This document shows positions 45,747 through 55,963 of a DNA stretch of 64,000 nt, one piece after another (positions within the stretch are counted from its first letter, which is position 1; each line of letters opens with the position of its first letter). The position numbers and the translations under genes were made by a program. The notes below the pieces were generated by a model. It was not told where the DNA came from and did not search any database. It worked only from the letters and a program-made list of their open reading frames with translations. This DNA is from Candidatus Palauibacter australiensis (GTDB taxonomy: Bacteria; Gemmatimonadota; Gemmatimonadetes; Palauibacterales; Palauibacteraceae), in NCBI GenBank assembly GCA_026705295.1, contig JAPPBA010000146.1, positions 10,776-74,775 on the forward strand, in the 5' to 3' direction.

Positions 45747-47204
45747 ATGCCCGATCGCAGGGAGTTTCTGAGTCTGGCCGGCATCGGCGGCGGCGGTGCG
45801 CTGCTCGGGGCCTGCGCCGGCGGCGAAGCGGGGTTCGCGTCCGCCCGTGCCGGGAGCGAGGGGTTGGACGCGACGGCTCGCGCGTTGCTGGACGAGTTGC
45901 GCGAGATTCCCATCGACGACACGCACTGCCACCCGATCACCTTCGACGACGCGCAGACGGATCCCGACGCGTTCATCGAGCGGCTGGCGCTCTCCGCCTT
46001 CCCGATGGACCGCTACTTCCCGGCCGGCGTCTATGGGCGCTGGCAGGCCGGCGATGCCTCGGAACGCGCCACCCTCGACGCCGAGTTCGATGTCGCCGCC
46101 ACGCGGGCCCGCGTCCTCGAGCAGGCCGGCGAAACCGTCTTCCTCCGCTATCTCGTGAAGGAACTCGCCGGTTTCCTCGACTGCGAGGCGACCTTCGAGG
46201 CGGTGATCGAGGCCCGGAACGAGAGAGGCCGGGACTACGCGAGCTATCTCGGCGCCCTGTTCGCCGACGCGAACATCGAGAACGCGATGGTCGACACGGG
46301 CTACCGGGAGGGGATGGACCAAGCGGGCATCGAGCGTTTCAAGGACGCGATCGCCCCCGCCCGCGGACGCCACATCCTGCGCGTGGACACGATCCTCCGC
46401 GGCCTCATGGGCGACGACCTCGATCTCGGGATCGACGAGATCGAGACCGGGATGATGGCCGAGATCGAGGCGGGACTCGACGGCGACGGCAACCTCGGCG
46501 CCCCGTCGTACGGGATGAAGTCGTACCTGCTCCCGCGCCTGGGGCTGCTCAAGCCGCACTTCGATCGAGAGGCGGCCCGCCGCTCATGGGACGCGTTCCG
46601 GGCGCGGCGCGCGCGTGGCGAGGTCCCGGCGGCGGACACCCGGGATCGCGACGAGTATTGGCAGTTGCAGGGCGAAGCGCTGATTTACCTCCACTCGCTC
46701 GCCCTCGAGGCGTGTCTGGAGCGCGACATGCCGATGCAGTTCCACGCCGGCGACGGCGAGGCCCCGCGCGGGATCATGCGGAACCAGGACCCGTTTCTCA
46801 TGGAGGAGATGGTCCGCTTCGAGCGCGGCGGCGTGATGCGGATGCCGCAGGTCATCCTCATCCACGCGGGCTACCCGCTGATCGGGCAGGCCGCATGGCT
46901 CACGCACCTGTACGCGAACTGCCACTTCGAACTGTCGCTCGCCGCGCCGCTCATCCACCACGGCATGCTGCGCATGTTCCTGGAGGTGATGGAGGTCGTC
47001 CCCCTCTCCAAGATCCTGTTCGGGAGCGACGCCTATCACCTGCCCGAGTTCTACTGGCTCGCGGCCAAGTGGGGCCGGCGCTTCCTCGCGCAGGCGCTCG
47101 GGATCTACGTCGACGCCGGAATCCTGACCCGCGACGAGGCCGTGGCGGCCGCGCGCATGATCCTGCACGAAAACAACCGCCGCCTCTACCACCTCGATGA
47201 CTGA
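45747..47204 (+). CDS. amidohydrolase_2-like TIM-barrel metal hydrolase with TAT signal/lipobox
   Basis: AAGGAGG RBS, then MPDRREFLSLAGIGGGGALLGAC. IPIDDTHCHP metal motif. QFHAGDGE and ILIHAGYP. Confidence 0.7.
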   Translation: MPDRREFLSLAGIGGGGALLGACAGGEAGFASARAGSEGLDATARALLDELREIPIDDTHCHPITFDDAQTDPDAFIERLALSAFPMDRYFPAGVYGRWQAGDASERATLDAEFDVAATRARVLEQAGETVFLRYLVKELAGFLDCEATFEAVIEARNERGRDYASYLGALFADANIENAMVDTGYREGMDQAGIERFKDAIAPARGRHILRVDTILRGLMGDDLDLGIDEIETGMMAEIEAGLDGDGNLGAPSYGMKSYLLPRLGLLKPHFDREAARRSWDAFRARRARGEVPAADTRDRDEYWQLQGEALIYLHSLALEACLERDMPMQFHAGDGEAPRGIMRNQDPFLMEEMVRFERGGVMRMPQVILIHAGYPLIGQAAWLTHLYANCHFELSLAAPLIHHGMLRMFLEVMEVVPLSKILFGSDAYHLPEFYWLAAKWGRRFLAQALGIYVDAGILTRDEAVAAARMILHENNRRLYHLDD

Positions 47205-47217
47205 CCTCGGAGGACCC

Positions 47218-48885
47218 ATGAAGATGACCGGCCGTGCGATTCGAAGCGCCCTGAGCGCCCTTGCGGCGCTGATCCTTCTGGCCACCGCGGCGGAAGCCGT
47301 GCAGCCGATGCAGATGATCGGGGCTCCGGACCGGGGCCCGGATGAAGGCGGGGGACCGTACGACCGCCTCATCATCCGCGGCGCCACCGTGATCGACGGC
47401 ACGGGCGCACCCCCCATCGGCCCGATGGACATCGTCATCGAGGGGAACCGCATCGTCGACGTGGTCGGCGTCGGCGTCCCGCAGCGCCCCATCGACGAGG
47501 CGCGCCGCCCCGGGCTCACCGTGGAGGGCAACCCCGACGCGGTCGTGCACGAGATCGACGCGACCGGCATGTACGTCCTGCCGGGGTTCGTGGACCTCCA
47601 CCTCCACACCGGCGGCGTCCCCAAGGCGCCCGAGGCGGAGTACACGTACAAGCTTTGGATGGCGCACGGCATCACGACCGGCCGCGGCGTCGCCTTCGGC
47701 CCCCACGACTGGTCGATCCGGGAGAAGGCGCGGAGCGCGGCGAACGAGATCGTGGCGCCCCGCATGTGGGTCTATCCCTTCACGGGAGCGGGCGGAGAGG
47801 GATGGAGCGGCCGCCTGATCGACACGCCGGAGGACGCGCGCGCCTGGGCCCGCTACGTGAAGGCGTCGGGCGGCGACGGGCTCAAGCTCAACTCGTTCCG
47901 CCCGGAGATCATGGAGGCGCTGCTGGATGAGGCCGCCCAGCTCGGCCTCGGGAGCACGGCCCATCTCGGCCAGATGGGCGTCGCGCAGATGAACGCGCTC
48001 GACGCCGCGCGCCTCGGCCTCGGCACCGTCACGCACTTCTACGGGCTGTTCGAGGCGCTGTACAGGGACCACGACGTCCAGCCGTGGCCCCCGGAGATGA
48101 ACTACAACGACGAGCAGCACCGTTTCGGGCAGGTGCCCATGCAGTGGAACCTCATCCACGAGCCCGGGAGCCCGGAGTGGAACGCCCTCCTCGAGGAGAT
48201 GCTCGCGCTCGACGTCACCCTCGACCCCACCATGACCGCCTACCAGGCGAGCTGGGACATCGACGACCAGATGTACGCGCCCTGGCACGGGACCTACACC
48301 CTGCCGACGCTGTGGGAGTTCTACGAAGCGAACCGCGAGGACCACGGCTCGTACTACTTCGACTGGACGACGTGGGAGGAAGTGGCGTGGCGCGACTTCC
48401 TCGAGGTGTGGCACGACTTGCTCAACGACTACAAGAACATGGGCGGCCGCGTCACGGCGAGTTCGGACGCCGGCTACATCTACAACCTCATGGGCTTCTC
48501 CACGATCCAGGAGATGGAACTTCTGCAGCACGCCGGGTTCCATCCGCTGGAGGTGATCCGCGCCGCGACCATGCACGCGGCCGAGACGCTGTTCAAGCCA
48601 ACGGGCCGTCCCATCGAGTTCGGCGTCGTGCGGCGCGGCCTGCTGGCGGACCTCGTGATCGTGGAAGAGAACCCAATCCAGAACCTGAAGGTCCTGTACG
48701 GCACCGGGGCGCGGCGCCTGAACGACGAGACGGGCGAAGTGGAGACGGTCGGCGGCATCCTGTACACGATCAAGGACGGCATCGTCTACGACGCGAAGCA
48801 GCTCCTCGCCGACGTGGCCCAGATGGTCGAGCAACAGAAGCGCGCCGTGACCACCACCACCGACTACGGAGATGCGAATAGATGA
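47218..48885 (+). CDS. amidohydrolase-superfamily hydrolase, secreted
   Basis: Signal MKMTGRAIRSALSALAALILLATAAEA. LIIRGATVIDGTG..IVIEGNRIV..PGFVDLHLHTGG. C-terminal GLLADLVIVEENP. Alternative ATG at 47197. Confidence 0.8.
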   Translation: MKMTGRAIRSALSALAALILLATAAEAVQPMQMIGAPDRGPDEGGGPYDRLIIRGATVIDGTGAPPIGPMDIVIEGNRIVDVVGVGVPQRPIDEARRPGLTVEGNPDAVVHEIDATGMYVLPGFVDLHLHTGGVPKAPEAEYTYKLWMAHGITTGRGVAFGPHDWSIREKARSAANEIVAPRMWVYPFTGAGGEGWSGRLIDTPEDARAWARYVKASGGDGLKLNSFRPEIMEALLDEAAQLGLGSTAHLGQMGVAQMNALDAARLGLGTVTHFYGLFEALYRDHDVQPWPPEMNYNDEQHRFGQVPMQWNLIHEPGSPEWNALLEEMLALDVTLDPTMTAYQASWDIDDQMYAPWHGTYTLPTLWEFYEANREDHGSYYFDWTTWEEVAWRDFLEVWHDLLNDYKNMGGRVTASSDAGYIYNLMGFSTIQEMELLQHAGFHPLEVIRAATMHAAETLFKPTGRPIEFGVVRRGLLADLVIVEENPIQNLKVLYGTGARRLNDETGEVETVGGILYTIKDGIVYDAKQLLADVAQMVEQQKRAVTTTTDYGDANR

Positions 48886-49436
48886 GTGAGAGAAGGGAGA
48901 CGGCGACGCTCGGCGGGGGGTGCTTCTGGTGCCTCGAGGCCGTGTATCAGCTTCTGGATGGCGTGCAAGGCGTGAAGTCCGGGTATGCCGGCGGGCATGT
49001 CGAGAACCCCACCTACGAGCAGGTATGCACGGGTCGCACGGGGCACGCCGAGGTGGTGCGGGTCACGTTCGATCCGGACACGGTCTCGTTCGACGATCTT
49101 CTGGATGTCTTCTTCACGATCCACGATCCGACGACGCTGAACCGGCAGGGCGCGGATGTCGGGACGCAGTATCGCTCTGCGATCTTCCACGAGAGCGAGG
49201 CACAGAGGGACGCGGCCGAGCGGAAGATCGCCGAGATCACCGCCGCGGGGATCTGGCCCGATGCCATCGTGACCGAGATCGCGCCGCTGGAGACGTTCTA
49301 CCCGGCGGAGGCGTACCACGACGACTACCTGAATCGAAACCCCACCCAGCCGTACTGCCAAGCGGTCGTGGCGCCGAAGGTGGCGAAGTTCCGCCGCCAG
49401 CACCTGCAGCGGCTGAAGCGCGGAGCGGGCGTCTGA
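48882..49436 (+). CDS. msrA: peptide-methionine (S)-S-oxide reductase
   Basis: GGGCFWCLEAVY active site, GHAEVVRVTFDP, DPTTLNRQGADVGTQYRS. The ATG overlaps the upstream stop (ATGA). Confidence 0.92.
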   Translation: MSERRETATLGGGCFWCLEAVYQLLDGVQGVKSGYAGGHVENPTYEQVCTGRTGHAEVVRVTFDPDTVSFDDLLDVFFTIHDPTTLNRQGADVGTQYRSAIFHESEAQRDAAERKIAEITAAGIWPDAIVTEIAPLETFYPAEAYHDDYLNRNPTQPYCQAVVAPKVAKFRRQHLQRLKRGAGV

Positions 49437-49488
49437 CCGAGGCCGCTGCGCTGTCTGTGCGGCGCGGGCCTTCGCCGCGGGTCGCCGG

Positions 49489-50124
49489 GTGACGACGCCG
49501 GCGCACGCCGCGCTCAGCCTGATCGTCCTGGGCCGTTCCGAGCGCAACGCGCTGCCGGTCGCGCTCGGGGCGGTGGCCCCGGACCTCCCAATGCTCGTCT
49601 TCTACTTCTGGGAGCGGCTCGCGCGCGGCGTGTCGGAGGGCCGGATCTGGTCGGAGCGCTACTTCGACCCCGGCTGGCAGGTCGTGTTCGACATCCCGAG
49701 TTCGATCCCTCTGCTCGTACTCGCCCTGTGCATCCTCCTGGTGCTCATCGGCCGGCGCTCGACCGCCGGAGGCCTCCCGTCAGCCCGAGCGGACGCCGCC
49801 CCGCGGCCGGCAAGGCTCACCGCATGGGCCCTGTCCGTCGCGAGCATGATCCTCCACGCGCTCGGCGACCTGCCTCTGCACCGGGAGGACGCGCACCGCC
49901 ACTTCTTCCCGTTCAGCGACTGGCGATTCACCAGTCCGGTGTCGTACTGGGACCCGGACCACTACGGGGGATACGCGGCCATCGGCGAAGTGCTTCTCGT
50001 GCTGGCGGTCTCCGTCTTCCTCTTCCGGGCCTACCGCGGCCGGGGCCGCTGGATCGTCGCCGGCGTGGCCGGCGTCTACGCGCTCTTCGTCGGCTTCGCC
50101 GTACTGGTGTGGTCCGGGTTGTGA
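49489..50124 (+). CDS. hypothetical membrane protein (possibly membrane-bound metal-dependent hydrolase-like)
   Basis: GTG start. Five hydrophobic segments. His-rich loop HALGDLPLHREDAHRHFFPF. Confidence 0.45.
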   Translation: MTTPAHAALSLIVLGRSERNALPVALGAVAPDLPMLVFYFWERLARGVSEGRIWSERYFDPGWQVVFDIPSSIPLLVLALCILLVLIGRRSTAGGLPSARADAAPRPARLTAWALSVASMILHALGDLPLHREDAHRHFFPFSDWRFTSPVSYWDPDHYGGYAAIGEVLLVLAVSVFLFRAYRGRGRWIVAGVAGVYALFVGFAVLVWSGL

Positions 50125-50179
50125 CGGCCGCCGCGGCGGTCGCGAACCGAGTCGGCCCGCGAGCAAGGCGAGTCGGCCC

Positions 50180-51418
50180 GTGAGCGAGCCGCGGATCGAT
50201 CGGTTCCCGCTCGGGGCGCGCGTCCGTCTCGCGGATCTCGCGGTCGACCCCTACCCAATCTTCGCTTCGCTGCGGGAGGCGGAGCCCGTCACCTGGGTGC
50301 CCGAAATCGAGCGCTGGTTCGTCACGCGGCGCGACGACATCCTCGCCGTGCTCCGGGACCCCGACCTCTTCACGACGGATGCGCCCTCGACGATCCGCGA
50401 CATGTTCGGCGTCCACATGATGACGACGGAGGGTCCGACGCAGATCCGCTACAAGCGGAAGTGTCTACCGCCGTTCCACACGTCCCGAATGAAGACGGCT
50501 TCGCTCCCGCCCCTGGTGGCCGAGGTCGAGCGCCTGGTGGAGACGATGCGGTCCGCGGCGAGGCCGGCTGACGGCGGACGGGCCGGTCGATGGCAGGCCG
50601 GGGAGGTGCGGACGGGCGTGGCGCGACCGGTCGCGCTCCATTCGGTGCTGTCTGTGCTCGGCATCCCCCTGACCGAGACGGAGCGCGTGAACGACTGGTA
50701 CGAGCACTTCGCCCGCGCGCTGGCGAACTTCGCCGGCGACCCGGACGTGCGTGCGGCCGGCAAGGGGGCGGCGGACGCGTTCGGCCGGGCGCTCGCCCCG
50801 ATCCTCGAGGCACTCGAACGGGACCCGGACGGCAGCCTCCTCTCCGACCTGGCGTGCGACCACGTCGACCCGCTCACGGCGGAGGAGATCCGTTCCAACG
50901 CGCTCATCATCCTCTTCGGCGGGATCGAGACGACCGAGTCGATGATCGCGAACGCCCTGTGGGCGCTGCTCTCGCATCCCGAACAACTCCCGGCGGCGCG
51001 TGCGAGCGAGGCCGCCTTGGACCTGGCGGTCGAGGAGACGCTGCGCTGGGAGCCCGCGGTGCAATCGGCGGCCCGCCACGCGACCCGCGACACCGAGATC
51101 CGCGGCGTCCGCATCGCAAAGGGCGAGGTGGTGCACTGCATGCTGGGCGCGGCCAACCGGGACCCCACGCACTTCGCCGATCCCGACCGCTTCGACGCGA
51201 CCCGCCGGAACGCCGGCGACCACCTGTCCTTCGCGGTGGGCCGCCACTTCTGCCTCGGCGCCCCGCTCGCCCGCCTCGAGACGCGCGTCGTGCTCGAAAC
51301 GCTATGGGACCGATGTCCCGGCCTCCGCCTTGACCCGGACCGCCCTGCCGCCCCCTATGGCTACGAATTCCGGAAACCCGAAACCGTGTGGGTGGAATGG
51401 ACCGGAACGAGTTCCTGA
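50180..51418 (+). CDS. cytochrome P450
   Basis: Heme-Cys loop FAVGRHFCLGAPLA, ExxR (EETLRWEP), I-helix LFGGIETT. Confidence 0.9.
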   Translation: MSEPRIDRFPLGARVRLADLAVDPYPIFASLREAEPVTWVPEIERWFVTRRDDILAVLRDPDLFTTDAPSTIRDMFGVHMMTTEGPTQIRYKRKCLPPFHTSRMKTASLPPLVAEVERLVETMRSAARPADGGRAGRWQAGEVRTGVARPVALHSVLSVLGIPLTETERVNDWYEHFARALANFAGDPDVRAAGKGAADAFGRALAPILEALERDPDGSLLSDLACDHVDPLTAEEIRSNALIILFGGIETTESMIANALWALLSHPEQLPAARASEAALDLAVEETLRWEPAVQSAARHATRDTEIRGVRIAKGEVVHCMLGAANRDPTHFADPDRFDATRRNAGDHLSFAVGRHFCLGAPLARLETRVVLETLWDRCPGLRLDPDRPAAPYGYEFRKPETVWVEWTGTSS

Positions 51419-52344
51419 ACCGAGTAGCAGCCATCAATGTGTGGCGTCGCGGAGATTCGCGTGCCCCGCACAAACCGCTGCTGCTGCTACTCGCCCTCGG
51501 ACGGGTGACGCGGGGTGAAGCTCGTCTGGCGGGTTACGGATCGGACGTGGAACAACAACTCACGGTTCTGCTTGAGCGCTTCGGGCGTCCGCGCGTGAAT
51601 CATCATCCAGATCAGCCGTATTGCCGTTTGCCGAAGGACGGACTATGGGAGGTCCCGGGCATTGAAGACCTGCCCCTGACGCGCGGCGGTACCGCATCGG
51701 TCCCCGCGCTTCGCGAGACGGTCGGCGGCTTCCCCGACGCCGCATACGAGTTGTTGCGCGGGGACCCGACACTTGTGGAGAACGCGGTACGGGCGGTCCT
51801 GGATGCGCATTTCCCTCCCTCGCTGCACTCCGATATCCGGGGTGCGGTGGGCCTTCCCGACTACCTCCACGATCCGGCTCGCGCCGAGGATCCCTGGACA
51901 GCCCACGGCCCCCAGGTAAAGGAGACGACGAGCACGGCGCGCGATCCGCGCTTCAGGCGTCGCGTGCTGCGCGCCTATGAGCGTCGCTGCGCCGTCTGCG
52001 ACTTCGATGTTCGCATCGAGGATCAACTCCTGGGTCTCGAAGCGGCACACATCAAATGGCACGCGGCCGGCGGTCCCGACCGCGTACCCAACGGGCTCGC
52101 CATGTGCTCCTTCCACCACAAGGCCCTCGACATCGGTGCCTTGGGGCTGGAAAAGAAGGGACGGGACGTTGCCGTGCTGATCTCCAGCGAAGTCAACGGA
52201 CGGAGCGAGGCCGTCCGTCAATTGCGCGACCTGCGCGGCGTCCCGCTCCGGCGGCCTCAGGGGCCCGAACTTGCTCCGGACGTGGAATTCGTGGCGTGGC
52301 ACCGCAGAGAGGTCTTCCGGGAACCCGCCCTCGGAGCGGGCTAG
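51397..52344 (+). CDS. sulfur-binding-domain + HNH_2 endonuclease (ScoMcrA-type, phosphorothioated-DNA-dependent type IV restriction-like)
   Basis: The N-terminal ..RGDSRAPHKPLLLLLALGR.. matches my memory of the PT-DNA-binding restriction endonuclease family. C-terminal RCAVCDF..GLEAAHIKWHAAGGPD.VPNGLAMCSFHHKALDIGALGL (HNH_2) and FVAWHRREVF. Overlaps the P450 3' end by 22 nt. Confidence 0.7.
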   Translation: MDRNEFLNRVAAINVWRRGDSRAPHKPLLLLLALGRVTRGEARLAGYGSDVEQQLTVLLERFGRPRVNHHPDQPYCRLPKDGLWEVPGIEDLPLTRGGTASVPALRETVGGFPDAAYELLRGDPTLVENAVRAVLDAHFPPSLHSDIRGAVGLPDYLHDPARAEDPWTAHGPQVKETTSTARDPRFRRRVLRAYERRCAVCDFDVRIEDQLLGLEAAHIKWHAAGGPDRVPNGLAMCSFHHKALDIGALGLEKKGRDVAVLISSEVNGRSEAVRQLRDLRGVPLRRPQGPELAPDVEFVAWHRREVFREPALGAG

Positions 52345-52350
52345 AGCGAA

Positions 52351-52373
52351 CGCGGGACGTTCCCGCGGGAACG
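52351..52373. terminator. overlapping GC palindromes (cgcggga-cgt-tcccgcg and cgttcccgcgggaacg) between convergent genes
   Basis: Read directly, between the stop at 52344 (+) and the stop at 52396 (-). Confidence 0.4.
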
Positions 52374-52395
52374 TGTCTTCCGCGCAAAACGCCCG

Positions 52396-53508
52396 TCAGC
52401 AGTCGGCGCCGCAGTGCGCCGCGACGAGGCGGGTGAGGATGCCCATGTAGTCGCTCCACGGCGTCTGGGCGTCGGGCACGGTCTTGTGCGCGACCACCAT
52501 GCCCACCGACGGGATCACCGTGATGAACTGGCCGTAGGCGCCACGCCCGCTGTACGCCCCCTCGAATCCCTCCGGCACGGCGGGGCCGTCCCACACCCAC
52601 CACATGTACCCATAGCCGAACTCGCCGCCCCGCAGCCCCTCCGGATTCATCTCTTCGGAGGGCGTGACCACGCTCGTGATGCGTTCGGCCCACCCGTCGG
52701 GAAGGATCCGCGCGTCCTCCCACATCCCGCTCTGGAGCATGAGATGGCCGATCCGGGCCATGTCCCGCGTGGAGAGGACCATGTGGTAGGCGAGGTTGCG
52801 GGAGCGCGTGTCGTCGCCCGACTTGCGGTGGATCGACCGGTCCCAGTCCTCGAACCCCAGCGGCACCGCGAGGTCGGTTTCGAGCGCGTCGTAGATGTTG
52901 CGACCGGCGAGTCGCTCGAAGACGGCTCCGGCCGCGTTGAAGTCCCAGTTGCTGTACAGGTAGTAGGTGCCGGGTTCCTGCGAGCCGCGCGGCGGCGCGT
53001 CCGCGAGGTTGTCCCCCGCGTTCGATGCCGGGTGATAGACCCCCGACCGCGCGGTGACGAGGTCGAGGACACGGGCGCGCTTCTCGATCGGGAGCAGGCC
53101 CTGCACGTCGTCCATGCCGAGGTCTTCGAGGGTGAGCCCGAGATCGATCGTGCCGTCCTCCACGTAGTTGCCGTACAGCATGGCGAGGATGCTCTTCCGC
53201 ACCGAGGCGAGATAGCTCAGCGAGTCGACGGGTCCGTGCTCGAACAGCACCCGCCCCCCGACCACGGCCATCACGGCGGACGTGTTGATCCCCTCGACGT
53301 AGGGGTGGATCGCATCCAGCGCCTCGGCCGAGAACCCGGCGGCGGCCGGATCCGTGACCCGCTCCCAGGCAGCGGCCGGATAGACCGTCTCGGCCGCGCG
53401 CTCCGCGACCGGGGCCGGAGCGCACGCGAACCCGGTTGCGAGGGCCAGAACCAGCGCCGCCCGCGCGATGCACCCTTTGACGCGGTTCTCGTGTCTCACG
53501 ATCATCAT
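52396..53508 (-). CDS. beta-lactamase-fold serine hydrolase, lipoprotein
   Basis: Lipobox ALATGFAC. SVRKS SxxK motif. Length and YSNWDFN region fit class C-like esterase/peptidase. Confidence 0.75.
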   Translation of the reverse strand: MMIVRHENRVKGCIARAALVLALATGFACAPAPVAERAAETVYPAAAWERVTDPAAAGFSAEALDAIHPYVEGINTSAVMAVVGGRVLFEHGPVDSLSYLASVRKSILAMLYGNYVEDGTIDLGLTLEDLGMDDVQGLLPIEKRARVLDLVTARSGVYHPASNAGDNLADAPPRGSQEPGTYYLYSNWDFNAAGAVFERLAGRNIYDALETDLAVPLGFEDWDRSIHRKSGDDTRSRNLAYHMVLSTRDMARIGHLMLQSGMWEDARILPDGWAERITSVVTPSEEMNPEGLRGGEFGYGYMWWVWDGPAVPEGFEGAYSGRGAYGQFITVIPSVGMVVAHKTVPDAQTPWSDYMGILTRLVAAHCGADC

Positions 53509-53630
53509 GTCCCGATTTCCGTCCTGGAGAACTGGAAAGAAGAGAACAGTGAAACGCGCCCAGCACCGCCGCCAGTGTAACGGCTACAAACCTGGGCGAT
53601 CAGCATCCGAATGAAGCGAAGGAGTTGTCG

Positions 53631-55814
53631 ATGTCGCGAGCGAAGGCCGCATGCCATGACCGTTTCCCCCTCATCGCGGCGCTGCTCGCCGTGAGCGTCC
53701 AGGCCGCCGGCTGCACCGGGGAGGGTGCCGACCCCGCCGCCGAATCCCCGGCCGACGCCGGGACCGCGCCCCCCGTCGCGCGCGTGATCCCGGAGCAACT
53801 GGAGACGCACGGGCACACGCGGATCGACAACTACTACTGGCTCAACCAGCGCGACAACCCCGAGGTCATCGCGTACCTCGAGGCGGAGAACGGCTACACC
53901 GACGCGCTGATGGCCCACACCGAGGATCTCCAGACGGAGTTGTTCGAGGAGATCAAGGGGCGGATCCAGCAGACGGATCTCTCCGTCCCGGTGAGAGAGG
54001 GCGACTTCTTCTACTACACGCGCACCGAAGAGGGGCGGGACTACCCGATCTTCGCCCGAAAGCGCGGGTCGCTCGACGCGGACGAGGAAGTCATCCTCGA
54101 CGTCAACCCGCTCGCCGAGGGCCACGACTACTACGCCGCCTTCCCCGAAGTCAGCTCCGCCGGCGACCTGATGGCGTGGGCCGAGGACACCCGCGGGCGC
54201 CGCATCTACACCATCCGGATCCGGAACCTCGACACGGGCGAGGACTACCCGGAGTCGATCGAGGGCGCGTCCGGCAACATGGTGTGGGCCGAGGACAACC
54301 GGACGCTCTTCTATACGCGACGGGATCCCGGCACGCTGCGTTCGTACCAGATCTACCGGCACCGCCTCGGCGCCGACCCCGCGGATGATGTGCTCGTGTA
54401 CCAGGAGGACGACGAGGAGTTCAGCAGCGGCATCCGCAAGACGAAGTCGAAGCGGTACCTCGTCATCTCCTCCTCCCACACCCTGGCGGACGAGCACCGT
54501 TTCCTCGACGCGGCGAACCCCGAGGGCGAGTTCACCCTCTTCCTTCCGCGCGAGCGCGGGCACGAGCACCGCTTCGACCACTTCGGGGACCACTTCTACA
54601 TCCGGACGAACCTCGACGGGGCCGAGAACTTCAAGCTCATGCGGACCCCCGTCGACCGGACGGCGACGGACCACTGGGAGACGGTCGTCCCGCACCGGGG
54701 CGACGTCTTCCTGCAGGGGTTCGAGTTGTTCCGGAACCACCTCGTGCTCTCGGAGCGCGCGGGAGGGCTCACCCGCCTGCGCGTCCGCGCCTGGGAGGGA
54801 GAGGAGCACCAGATCGCGTTCGACGAGCCCGCCTACCTGGCCTCGCTGTCGGCCAACCCCGAGCTGGACACGAACATCCTTCGCTACGGGTACACGTCGC
54901 TCTCCGCGCCGCGCTCCGTCTACGACTACGACATGTCCACGCGCGAGCGCACGCTGCTCAAGGAGGACGAAGTGCTCGGCGGCTACGACCGCGCGGACTA
55001 CGTGGTGGAGCGGCTGCACGCCCCCGCCCGCGACGGCGCCGTGGAAGTCCCCGTGTCCGTCGTCTACCGGCGGGGTCTCGAGAAGGACGGCGACAACCCG
55101 CTCCTCCTCTACGCCTACGGCTCCTACGGGGCGAGCATGGAGCCCACCTTCTCCTCCACCCGCCTCAGCCTCCTCGACCGCGGGTTCGTCTACGCGATCG
55201 CCCATATCCGCGGCGGGCAGGAGCTGGGCCGCGCGTGGTACGAGGACGGGAAGATGTTCAACAAGAAGAACACCTTCACCGACTACGTGGACGTGGCGGA
55301 TTACCTCGTGACGGAAGGCTACACGAGCCCGGAGAAGCTCTTCGCCCGGGGGGGGAGCGCCGGGGGACTGCTCATGGGGGCGGTGGTGAACATGCGGCCG
55401 GAGTTGTTCCGGGGCGTGGTCGCGCACGTGCCCTTCGTCGACGTCGTGACGACGATGCTCGACGAGTCGATCCCGCTCACGACCTTCGAGTGGGATGAGT
55501 GGGGCAACCCGGCGGACCTCGAATCCTACCGCTACATGCTCTCCTACTCGCCCTACGACCAGGTGGAGGCGAAGGACTACCCGAACCTGCTCGTCACCAC
55601 GGGGCTCCACGACTCGCAGGTGCAGTACTGGGAGCCGGCGAAGTGGGTGGCGAAGCTGCGCGCGACGAAGACGGACGAGAACCGGCTTCTCCTCAAGACG
55701 CACATGGACGCCGGCCACGGCGGCGGCTCGGGCCGCGACCGCCAGTACGAGGAACTCGCCTTCGAATTCGCCTTCATCCTCGACCTGCTCGAAGAGACCG
55801 CCTCTCCTCGCTGA
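53631..55814 (+). CDS. ptrB: oligopeptidase B (protease II, S9A), lipoprotein
   Basis: AAGGAG RBS 6 nt before ATG 53631. Lipobox VQAAGC. N-terminal propeller with YLEAENGYT. Nucleophile GGSAGGLLMG. ..DSQVQYWEPAKW. Confidence 0.88.
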   Translation: MSRAKAACHDRFPLIAALLAVSVQAAGCTGEGADPAAESPADAGTAPPVARVIPEQLETHGHTRIDNYYWLNQRDNPEVIAYLEAENGYTDALMAHTEDLQTELFEEIKGRIQQTDLSVPVREGDFFYYTRTEEGRDYPIFARKRGSLDADEEVILDVNPLAEGHDYYAAFPEVSSAGDLMAWAEDTRGRRIYTIRIRNLDTGEDYPESIEGASGNMVWAEDNRTLFYTRRDPGTLRSYQIYRHRLGADPADDVLVYQEDDEEFSSGIRKTKSKRYLVISSSHTLADEHRFLDAANPEGEFTLFLPRERGHEHRFDHFGDHFYIRTNLDGAENFKLMRTPVDRTATDHWETVVPHRGDVFLQGFELFRNHLVLSERAGGLTRLRVRAWEGEEHQIAFDEPAYLASLSANPELDTNILRYGYTSLSAPRSVYDYDMSTRERTLLKEDEVLGGYDRADYVVERLHAPARDGAVEVPVSVVYRRGLEKDGDNPLLLYAYGSYGASMEPTFSSTRLSLLDRGFVYAIAHIRGGQELGRAWYEDGKMFNKKNTFTDYVDVADYLVTEGYTSPEKLFARGGSAGGLLMGAVVNMRPELFRGVVAHVPFVDVVTTMLDESIPLTTFEWDEWGNPADLESYRYMLSYSPYDQVEAKDYPNLLVTTGLHDSQVQYWEPAKWVAKLRATKTDENRLLLKTHMDAGHGGGSGRDRQYEELAFEFAFILDLLEETASPR

Positions 55815-55963
55815 CGGCGCGACTTTCTTCGCACGCGTCCCCTCTACCGTCCATCACTTCGAGGAGGGCGGCAGAATCGTCGAGCTTGATATCCGGTAGC
55901 AGGCCACCTTCCCCCGAAGTCAGAAGAGAAGGCCGTGCGGGCGGGTCCGGTGCCGACCGGCGG

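Noticed and set aside
50180-51418. Cytochrome P450 considered as the core of a biosynthetic gene cluster.
   Set aside because: No adjacent ferredoxin or reductase, terpene/PKS/NRPS, or precursor-peptide genes. The neighbours are msrA, a small membrane protein and the HNH gene.
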